DNA of 24,145 nucleotides from IMG/VR virus record IMGVR_UViG_3300044674_000217, positions 1-24,145 of that record; one strand, 5' to 3'. This DNA comes from a virus (lineage: Duplodnaviria; Caudoviricetes). Within the stretch, counting starts at the first letter, position 1, and every line of letters starts with the position of its first letter. Under the pieces are notes generated by a model. That model saw only the letters and a list, made by a program, of their open reading frames with translations. It had not been told where the DNA came from and ran no database searches. Shown here in pieces: positions 6,157 to 13,362 of the stretch. Both the position numbers and the translations under genes were made by a program.

Positions 6157-6443
6157 CAGAAGAACAATTGCGAGAAGCAATGCTTGCCGATGCCAAAGAA
6201 GTTAGAAAAAGAGCAAAGGATCGTGACGGAACAAACATCTATCTAAAGCAAAACTTAGCTGTCAACTACCACATGGGTGGCAGAGACGCTAAGCCAGAGA
6301 CAAAAGAAATAATTGCTTTAGCTCAGAAAGGTGTAGATCGTGAGTCTATATGCAGACGCATGAACTTCAAAGGATATAGTCGCAGACAAACCTTAGAAGT
6401 ATTGAATCGTCACTCGGAAAAGATTCCAAACTTAAAGCATTAA
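6153..6443 (+). CDS. hypothetical protein (possibly helical DNA-binding)
   Basis: ATGA-coupled; last gene of the + strand block. Confidence 0.75.
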   Translation: MTEEQLREAMLADAKEVRKRAKDRDGTNIYLKQNLAVNYHMGGRDAKPETKEIIALAQKGVDRESICRRMNFKGYSRRQTLEVLNRHSEKIPNLKH

Positions 6444-6539
6444 CTCAAGGTAAAGGCCATCAATGAATTGATCATTTTGTTAACGTCAACAAAATGATAG
6501 CTAAAGCATTAGCTCAAAGTGAGGGCCATCAATAAATGG
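6432..6539. repeat. 39-bp imperfect direct repeat (6432-6470 and 6501-6539) flanking a 28-bp palindrome (6471-6498)
   Basis: 32 of 39 positions identical; palindrome ATCATTTTGTT-AACGTC-AACAAAATGAT. Confidence 0.85.
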
Positions 6540-6956
6540 CCTTCGACCCTGACCTCTACGCAGATCAACGTAAGCATTCATAGCTTCTTCCATTGTGCCA
6601 TCCCACTTGCGAATGTCATCTATATGCCAAGCTGCTCCCCAGCGCACAGCCACACCAGCAGCTTCAGCACCTTCCTTCATAGCGTCAGCCAAATCGTCAT
6701 ACAGATTAAGCTCCCAAGAACCACGGCCCTCAATGTAAGCCATCAGATCAACAGCCAATCCATCTAAATGTTTTGACTTCATAGTTTGACTAGCGCCTTT
6801 AGCTACTAATGCCTTCTGCATTTCCAAGGTACGCAAACCTTGAATAACTCCGAAGTCTGTCTTCGTTGCTGTGATTGCAAACTTAACCACAGAAATCATT
6901 CTGTCATCAACGCCTTGTAGTCTGTCGAGACTGCGTTGGGATAATTTGAAAGTCAC
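6501..6956 (-). CDS. endolysin, M15-family (L-Ala-D-Glu type) peptidase
   Basis: GLRT..Q, SKHLDGLAVD and DGPHFEL zinc motifs. Start placed at GTG 6956, which overlaps the holin stop (GTGA). Confidence 0.92.
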   Translation of the reverse strand: MTFKLSQRSLDRLQGVDDRMISVVKFAITATKTDFGVIQGLRTLEMQKALVAKGASQTMKSKHLDGLAVDLMAYIEGRGSWELNLYDDLADAMKEGAEAAGVAVRWGAAWHIDDIRKWDGTMEEAMNAYVDLRRGQGRRPFIDGPHFELML

Positions 6957-7297
6957 TTCTTTAATCCTTTCATGGTTCGTATACCAAAGCTTGCAGCAAT
7001 AGAGGCATACATTCCCCACTGCACCCAGAGAGGTGTAGTTTCTAAATTAGCAAATCCAACTGCCATTACATCTTGCATAGAAGGAATAAAATTCATGCAA
7101 AGAATAGCTACAAAAACTATAGTCCATAGCTCATCCTTCCAAGAATCCTTCGATGCTTCTATTGCTGACTGCTCCCAGTCCATCTCACCAGTAGCTTGCT
7201 TGAGTTTGATCTCCGCATTAGCTTTCTGGATTGCAGCCTTACCGTCTAAATAACTGGTAGCTAGACCACCAACTGCACCTATAATCTGACCAATCAT
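6953..7297 (-). CDS. putative holin (3TM type)
   Basis: Hydrophobic segments, SWKDE motif and basic C-terminus (FGIRTMKGLKK); directly upstream of the endolysin. Confidence 0.72.
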   Translation of the reverse strand: MIGQIIGAVGGLATSYLDGKAAIQKANAEIKLKQATGEMDWEQSAIEASKDSWKDELWTIVFVAILCMNFIPSMQDVMAVGFANLETTPLWVQWGMYASIAASFGIRTMKGLKK

Positions 7298-7500
7298 TTC
7301 TCATGTCCTATCCATACTGCGAAAGCACCTGTCATAGCGCCTGTAACGGTCGCTGTGAGCGCGGTGGCTTGTGTGCTAACCTCACCCTGCGGAAGAGACA
7401 TAAACCATTCTATGACGCGAATATACATAACAGTCATTACTAGCATCATAATCCTTGGCATGATCTTCCAAGCCAATATCTTTTCCATAGCTATAGTCAT
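7294..7500 (-). CDS. small two-TM membrane protein (holin/antiholin-like)
   Basis: Two hydrophobic helices; translationally coupled within the lysis cluster. Confidence 0.7.
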   Translation of the reverse strand: MTIAMEKILAWKIMPRIMMLVMTVMYIRVIEWFMSLPQGEVSTQATALTATVTGAMTGAFAVWIGHEK

Positions 7501-7958
7501 TACAACTCCTTTAAGAACTCAGTGAATAAATACAAAACAACAAAACCACCAACGCTTAAGGTTGCAACAATACCCCATGTTACATACTTAATAATATTAG
7601 CGATTTGTTTCTGTTTTTCTTCTGCTTCTTTCTTACGTTGAACGCGCATCTTGGCTTCAAAAGCTAAGAAACTATCCCACGTTCCGGGCTTGCCGTACAA
7701 ACGACAAATACTTTCTAGCTCTTTGCGTTGCTCTTGGATCTTTTGCAAAGCTAAGAACTCATCAAAGTCATCAGCAGATTTGCCCATGACCTTGGAAAAC
7801 AATCCATTCTTTTTGCGGTTGCCTCTAGCTCTTAGCTCTTCTTCAGAACTCACTAAGTTTTTAAGAGGTGCTAGAAAATCCGACACCTCTTTGCCATTAG
7901 CAACAAACTTCTTAATCGTGCTGTAAGCAGCATTGGCTGCTGCTAATTCAGCTAACAT
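7500..7958 (-). CDS. helical protein with C-terminal membrane anchor
   Basis: Charged helical body followed by VTWGIVATLSVGGFVVLYLF. Confidence 0.75.
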   Translation of the reverse strand: MLAELAAANAAYSTIKKFVANGKEVSDFLAPLKNLVSSEEELRARGNRKKNGLFSKVMGKSADDFDEFLALQKIQEQRKELESICRLYGKPGTWDSFLAFEAKMRVQRKKEAEEKQKQIANIIKYVTWGIVATLSVGGFVVLYLFTEFLKEL

Positions 7959-7961
7959 AAT

Positions 7962-8153
7962 CTATCCCAACATATTCATGCGAAGAAGAAGAGCGATGAT
8001 AAACGCACTCGTTGCAATCACAACGGCCTCAAGGCGCTTAACCCTGTTAAACAAATCTTTGAACTGGATTTCCATCTCGGTTTTTATAGCCACGATTTCC
8101 TTCTCCAATCCATCAATGCGAGTATGTGCTGATTGTACGGTGCGTTTATCCAT
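7962..8153 (-). CDS. small coiled-coil protein with C-terminal TM helix (XhlA-like architecture)
   Basis: Heptad pattern followed by AVVIATSAFIIALLL. Confidence 0.7.
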   Translation of the reverse strand: MDKRTVQSAHTRIDGLEKEIVAIKTEMEIQFKDLFNRVKRLEAVVIATSAFIIALLLRMNMLG

Positions 8154-8158
8154 TGTCT

Positions 8159-8353
8159 TTACTCTAAGTTTTCTTTCAGTTTAGTCATGAAGAACTCACG
8201 ACCCCCTTGAAGTTGCATTAAGTTAAACTGAGCACTAGCAATCTTTTGATCCAAAGAACCTATATGATTTATACAAGCCTTCGCTTCATCAGATAATTGA
8301 TCCTCAGTGTATTCTACTTCATCAATCGTAATGACCTTTTTGTCTTCAGTCAT
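8159..8353 (-). CDS. hypothetical phage protein (64 aa)
   Basis: AAAGGAG RBS; ITID..EY..DQL pattern. Confidence 0.75.
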   Translation of the reverse strand: MTEDKKVITIDEVEYTEDQLSDEAKACINHIGSLDQKIASAQFNLMQLQGGREFFMTKLKENLE

Positions 8354-8371
8354 ATTGATCTCCTTTCTAGG

Positions 8372-8680
8372 TTATGACCAAGGCACTCCTGCCTCAGTAG
8401 TTGGATTAGCTATCGCATCAATCTTAGAAGCAATAGCAGCTTCTGTATCAGCTTGTGATACATGACCCCACACCCAGCCCTGAGCTTGAGCCTCAGTAAT
8501 ATCTGCATACGGCGTAAAGTCAGGCGCAGAGGCATCGTAGGTTAAACCACAAGTGCCATATGAGCTTGCTGAGTTGCCATCTTCATCAACGCCTGTGCAG
8601 CGCCAGTGAGCAATGTAAACGCCACCATCTGATGTGTGACGCTCAAGTGTTGGAATAGTCCAAGTGTAAGTTATTGCCAT
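8372..8680 (-). CDS. tail-fibre-associated protein (102 aa)
   Basis: GGAGG RBS; lies downstream of the tail fibre; TYTWTI..GVPW type often found there. Confidence 0.7.
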   Translation of the reverse strand: MAITYTWTIPTLERHTSDGGVYIAHWRCTGVDEDGNSASSYGTCGLTYDASAPDFTPYADITEAQAQGWVWGHVSQADTEAAIASKIDAIANPTTEAGVPWS

Positions 8681-8681
8681 G

Positions 8682-8933
8682 TTATACCTCCTGTGCGGCT
8701 AGATGTGCAGCATAAGCTGCTTTTACTGCGTCTGTGTGAACTGCATTGCAGATGGCTTGCACCTCTGTGCTTTCACCTGTGATGTCGGCATCTGGTGCTA
8801 CTACATGGCGTGAGAAGGATCGGCTGATCTCTACACCGTCACGCTTGATGACCGTGGCTGTGCGCACCTGAACGTGCTTGAAGTCGCCTACGATCTCTAT
8901 TTTGTCTTGTACTGTTTCTTCTGTTAGTGCCAT
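8682..8933 (-). CDS. putative tail fibre assembly/chaperone protein (83 aa)
   Basis: AAAGGAG RBS; DKIEIV..VQVR..DGVEISRSF.RHV; immediately after the fibre gene. Confidence 0.65.
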   Translation of the reverse strand: MALTEETVQDKIEIVGDFKHVQVRTATVIKRDGVEISRSFSRHVVAPDADITGESTEVQAICNAVHTDAVKAAYAAHLAAQEV

Positions 8934-8981
8934 CGTTTATCTCCTTTATGGCTTGGACTGTCCAACCCCTATGGTGTGGGG

Positions 8982-11900
8982 TTACGTTGCAAAGTATGTT
9001 GCGGTTATACCGATGTCAGACAACCCTGAAACTATTTCACTAAGCAGCAGATTACTGGCACTGGCGTTATCGTGACCTAAATGTATGTAGAATGTAGTTG
9101 AGGTGCCAGAATACGTTGTAGGCTCAAGAGCAAAACTCCTTACTGTGCTTGGGTAATCCCACTGACTTACCCAAGCTGTCCCCGCAAAATAATGGCCAGA
9201 CTCTTTTGTAAAAGGTAGTCCTGTAATTTGGACATAACCACTTCCAGCCGAACTTTCCGTAATGTTCCCAAGATATGCTGAAACCGTAACTACTTTTCCA
9301 ACTTTTGTGTACTTTGCATATGTTATTGTCGTTGTATAAGTTCCTGCGGTTCCCGACCCACTGACAACAGGCGTCCAAGTCCCCTCCTCATAGTCATCCA
9401 GCGTTTTGCTTGTGACTGAGCCGCCAGTGCTGCCAAAGACTACACCGCCAGAGAGGTAGAGGTTTTTAAATCTGTTTACATTTGTTCCTAATTCTATTGC
9501 GTCATCTGCTAAAGCGCCCACTTTATCAACAGGTTGAAGTATTCCTGTGTTTGCATCAATTGAAGAGCCTAATAACCCTGCACCTTTTGCTGATGATCTA
9601 GGATCAAGTATAATATAAGACACTACTCCCGAAGTAGAGCCAATACTCCCCACCGTGGAACCGTCTTTGCTAAAACGTGCCATTACTCCATCGTTTGTTG
9701 AGCGGTTAATTTGCAATGCTACATCAGCGTCACGACTAGCTGCAAGAATACCATTTGCACGAGCCTCAACGCCAGTTGTAGTTACGCTAGCACTATTCTT
9801 ACCCACCAACAGATTACCGCTGGCATCTAGGGTCATATTTTGTGACCAAGTAATAGCAGTATCAGCAGAACCAGAAACAGCCGTAAGCCACTGATGAACA
9901 CCATCAGTTTGAGTGTATTTAGTTGCGTAATCTGCGTTGATATATTCCCATCTAGCATTGGTGGTGTCGTAGTAAGCATTACTACTTAAATGTAAGTCAC
10001 CATTTATATCAGATAAAGATGCTTGTGCGCCAACTTGAAGCGCCTTGGTGCCGTATAAAGAACTCCAAGCTTCAGGAACAACCCCAATTCCAACATTACC
10101 GCTGCTGTCGATGCGCATGCGTTCTGAAGAGCCATCATAGTTTGTGAATATGTGTGCACCTGCAATGCCAAGATTTAAATCGTAAAGTGTTGTCCAAATC
10201 GTTCCAATGTTTCCACCAGAATTAGTCTGTATGCTAAGACCTTTGTCGTATGTACCACCAGTATTTCTAATATCCAATCGGCTAGCTGGCGAACTCGTCC
10301 CAATCCCCAAGCTCTCCTCACTCGCATCCCAAAAGAACTTGGCAGTCGTGCCTGTGTCCTCGTAGAAGCTGATGTCGCCTGTTGCACCATCTATGTTTAA
10401 TCTTTGCAAGCTATTTGTGCGTAATGTAATGTCACCTGTGGCTGTAGCATTATAAACAGTAAAATTATCGTTAGTGCCACTGTCGAAACCAACATAAGCT
10501 GTAGCACCACCAGTATCAGAATATGTAATATAATTTCCAGGTGTACCTGATGCTGTAGCGTTCAAGTCAATTAACGACCCGCTTGCTTTATCCACAGTCA
10601 GCTTATCAGCCGTGACAGTGCCAGTTACGTCAATACCTGTGGAGCTAATCTCAGCAATCTTATCTTCGCCGCCATCTCCACCGATCTTAAATTCAATGTT
10701 GGCACCAAACCAGCCAACCATTTTAAACTCACTAGAGCTTGCACTCAACTCGCCATACTGTTTGCCATCTGCATCAGAACCACTTACGTCTGATCTTAGA
10801 TAAAGGCCCGATCTATTAGCAGAAGCTACAGTTAAATGATAAACGCCAGTGCCGTAGGTTAAATCATACGGGAAGTTAAACGTAGTATAACCAGAACCAG
10901 TTGTACCCGTAGAGTAAGTTCTAATTGACTCTAGGTTAGAAGCACTAAACAATCTAACCGCACCACCTTCAGTTGAAGAACCGTCATGACCAAAAGCTTT
11001 GATGTCAAAGTAATCTCTGCCGCTTCCAGTATTCTCATCCATACTCAAAGAGCCGTAAGTGCTGCCGTTTGTAACCTTTAAAGTCTCATCAACAATTTGA
11101 GTTTCAACTAATGACTGAACAATACCAGCACCAGTAATCTTAAATCTTTCTGTGGTTGAGCCAGACGTGCCTGTCTTAAATATTATATCACTAGAGCTAG
11201 ATGTTATGGTCATATCACTAGAGCCATTAGTAATAAACATTCCATCATTAGATGTTAGTGAAAGTCTATGACCTGTATTGCTTGCTTCAATGCTTAGATT
11301 TCCTGATGCAGAAACATAAGAGAAATCATTTGAATCATCATAGCGCAGTAACAATCTATTAGTATTACTGCCATCACCCCTAATGGCTATAGAAGGACTA
11401 GAATCCCCCTCAAGAATAATATTTGGACTTGCTGATGCAGTTGTTGCACTAATCTTTAATGGATCATTGGTAGACGTAATGTTGCCAGCTACCTCAATTC
11501 CATCAGGCTCAATTTTAAAAATAATATTTGTTGCAGCAGCATTAGCACCATCGCTTATACCAAAATGTAAGGCACCCGTTTTTGCTGTATCACTGTCAAG
11601 ACCATTAATAATTCTAGGACGAATGGTCGAGTATGTGTGATATGCTGTATTTGTTTTCTGCCCATAAAAATTAACACCACCCGTATATGCAGCAACACCA
11701 TCAACAACAGCAGTTGAGTCATATAAACTAAAGTTAGGATTTGGCCCTTGTATGCGAACATCATCGCCGCCCGTACCACTATTACCAATCTGAACATAAG
11801 CCGATGTGCCGTTAATAGCATTGCCGTAAACAAACAACTCACTGTCAACATCAACAACCCCACTACCATTGCAGCGAAGGTTAATGTTTCCATCAGTATC

Positions 11901-13292
11901 TGTTGAGCTAATCGTATTCCCATTAATAGTAATGTTATCAACATTTAAACTATCAGATACAGCCAATTCACCCGTAATATTTACATGTTTATTAAAGTCA
12001 AAACTGGTAGTAGAGTGGGTGTATTGAATTGTAGCTGACGCACCATCTATAGTAATACCAGCACCATTAGCTTCTGCACTATCAGTTGCACCACTAGCAA
12101 GCACAATGTTTTTATCATCAATAGTAAGGGTGGTAGAGTTTATAGTTGTTGTTGTGCCATCAACTTGAAGATTGCCAGCAATTATTACTGTTCCAGTATT
12201 GTCTCCATGATTAGCTGGATCAAGTGTTAAAGTAGATGGCGCTTTGATAGTCGACGAACTACTAGCAACTTCTGTAGAAGCGCCAAGTTGTAAGTCACCT
12301 TCCATAATAACATCAGCGCCATCAAATGTAGTATTTAAAATACCCGATCCCGTTCCAGTGCGAACTTTAATTTTTTGCGCTGTATTTAAATCAAAGAAAC
12401 CTCGTTGAACATCATTATCTTTAAGAACTAAAGTTCCATTTGAAGGATTTAAGTTTAAAGCGCCACCATCCGTATTTAAACTAAGATCAGATGACGTACC
12501 GCCAACATGAGTAGATTTAATAGAAGAAAAAGTTGTAGATGTGGTTGTATTAATAAAACGAACTTCTTGAGAAACAGAAGTAAACGCAAAGTCTAATGCA
12601 GTTATTCCAGCACGCTGCATATACAAACTACTTGATGCAGGAATGTTTATTTCAACATCAGCGGTAGGCGCTAAAATTAAGTTGCCTGTTGTAGAGCTAA
12701 GAGTATTGCCATCAATACGAACGTTATCAATGTCTAGTCGTTCAAGCGTAAGAAAACTTAAATCAACAACAGAATTAATAGCTGCATTACCATTGCTATC
12801 AAAGCTAAGAAACCCGTTAGCTCTGTCTGCTGCTTTAGGTATAACAAGACTTACGCCAACATCAGTTGGATCTGTAATAGGTGCGGTCAGCGCACGAACA
12901 GATCGCATTTTGTTGTCAGCCGCAATGGCTGTAAGCGTGTCGAGTTGAGTATTTAAAGCTGCTCGGTTTATATCTGATCCTGCTGAGAAATCAGTTACCC
13001 GCTCAATAGGTATGTTTCTTGCAATAACAACCTGACTGCCGCCAGTTATACCCGTTACTGGCTGTATGCCCGATGATACTGTGTTAAATGTTGCTGTGCC
13101 TGTAGATCCCTCACCGCCAGTAATAGTGTAGTTACCATCACCAGATCCCTGAGTTTTTATTATGCCGTCTACATACAGCTGTACTTCATCGTCATCAAAG
13201 AACTCAAAGGTAATTGAGAATGTTGTTTGCGTTGCGCCTTCAGCAACAGTGTAAACAACGTGGGGATTATTATTTGCAACATTTATGGACAT
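8982..13292 (-). CDS. long tail fibre / receptor-binding protein
   Basis: T7 gp17-like N-terminal anchor (TFSITFEF..IERVTDF..LNTQLD.LT), G/S/T-rich beta repeats, ERMRIDSSGNVGIG, and C-terminal LDDYEEGTWTP..YTKVG module. Confidence 0.9.
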   Translation of the reverse strand: MSINVANNNPHVVYTVAEGATQTTFSITFEFFDDDEVQLYVDGIIKTQGSGDGNYTITGGEGSTGTATFNTVSSGIQPVTGITGGSQVVIARNIPIERVTDFSAGSDINRAALNTQLDTLTAIAADNKMRSVRALTAPITDPTDVGVSLVIPKAADRANGFLSFDSNGNAAINSVVDLSFLTLERLDIDNVRIDGNTLSSTTGNLILAPTADVEINIPASSSLYMQRAGITALDFAFTSVSQEVRFINTTTSTTFSSIKSTHVGGTSSDLSLNTDGGALNLNPSNGTLVLKDNDVQRGFFDLNTAQKIKVRTGTGSGILNTTFDGADVIMEGDLQLGASTEVASSSSTIKAPSTLTLDPANHGDNTGTVIIAGNLQVDGTTTTINSTTLTIDDKNIVLASGATDSAEANGAGITIDGASATIQYTHSTTSFDFNKHVNITGELAVSDSLNVDNITINGNTISSTDTDGNINLRCNGSGVVDVDSELFVYGNAINGTSAYVQIGNSGTGGDDVRIQGPNPNFSLYDSTAVVDGVAAYTGGVNFYGQKTNTAYHTYSTIRPRIINGLDSDTAKTGALHFGISDGANAAATNIIFKIEPDGIEVAGNITSTNDPLKISATTASASPNIILEGDSSPSIAIRGDGSNTNRLLLRYDDSNDFSYVSASGNLSIEASNTGHRLSLTSNDGMFITNGSSDMTITSSSSDIIFKTGTSGSTTERFKITGAGIVQSLVETQIVDETLKVTNGSTYGSLSMDENTGSGRDYFDIKAFGHDGSSTEGGAVRLFSASNLESIRTYSTGTTGSGYTTFNFPYDLTYGTGVYHLTVASANRSGLYLRSDVSGSDADGKQYGELSASSSEFKMVGWFGANIEFKIGGDGGEDKIAEISSTGIDVTGTVTADKLTVDKASGSLIDLNATASGTPGNYITYSDTGGATAYVGFDSGTNDNFTVYNATATGDITLRTNSLQRLNIDGATGDISFYEDTGTTAKFFWDASEESLGIGTSSPASRLDIRNTGGTYDKGLSIQTNSGGNIGTIWTTLYDLNLGIAGAHIFTNYDGSSERMRIDSSGNVGIGVVPEAWSSLYGTKALQVGAQASLSDINGDLHLSSNAYYDTTNARWEYINADYATKYTQTDGVHQWLTAVSGSADTAITWSQNMTLDASGNLLVGKNSASVTTTGVEARANGILAASRDADVALQINRSTNDGVMARFSKDGSTVGSIGSTSGVVSYIILDPRSSAKGAGLLGSSIDANTGILQPVDKVGALADDAIELGTNVNRFKNLYLSGGVVFGSTGGSVTSKTLDDYEEGTWTPVVSGSGTAGTYTTTITYAKYTKVGKVVTVSAYLGNITESSAGSGYVQITGLPFTKESGHYFAGTAWVSQWDYPSTVRSFALEPTTYSGTSTTFYIHLGHDNASASNLLLSEIVSGLSDIGITATYFAT

Positions 13293-13300
13293 AGCTCACC

Positions 13301-13335
13301 TCTCTAACTTCTTTTCTCACAAAGAAGCTGAGAGA
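13301..13335 (-). promoter_or_regulatory. RNA hairpin abutting the tail-fibre ribosome-binding site
   Basis: UCUCU(C)AGCUUCUUU / AAAGAAGUUAGAGA stem ending in the first bases of the GAGGTG Shine-Dalgarno. Confidence 0.5.
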
Positions 13336-13362
13336 TTCAATGCACAAATAGTCTAGTACAAA

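Noticed and set aside
35-6238. Antisense and alternate-frame ORFs in the early block (e.g. 35..253, 909..1133, 4061..4417, 4405..4815, 4764..5165, 5146..5454)
   Set aside because: They shadow well-supported genes and lack RBSs and recognisable motifs.
6458-6498. Canonical dif site
   Set aside because: TTTTGTTAACG partly resembles a XerD arm, but no XerC-like arm lies at the correct spacing.
6432-6539. Direct repeat as a DGR template/variable repeat pair, prompted by the BPP-1-like capsid
   Set aside because: Only 39 bp, mismatches are not confined to adenines of one copy, and no reverse transcriptase is in the window.
6957-7019. N-terminal extension of the endolysin (MGNVCLYCC..) given in the ORF track
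   Set aside because: Lies inside the holin gene. GTG 6956 overlaps the holin stop and gives a typical M15 endolysin start (MTFKLSQRS).
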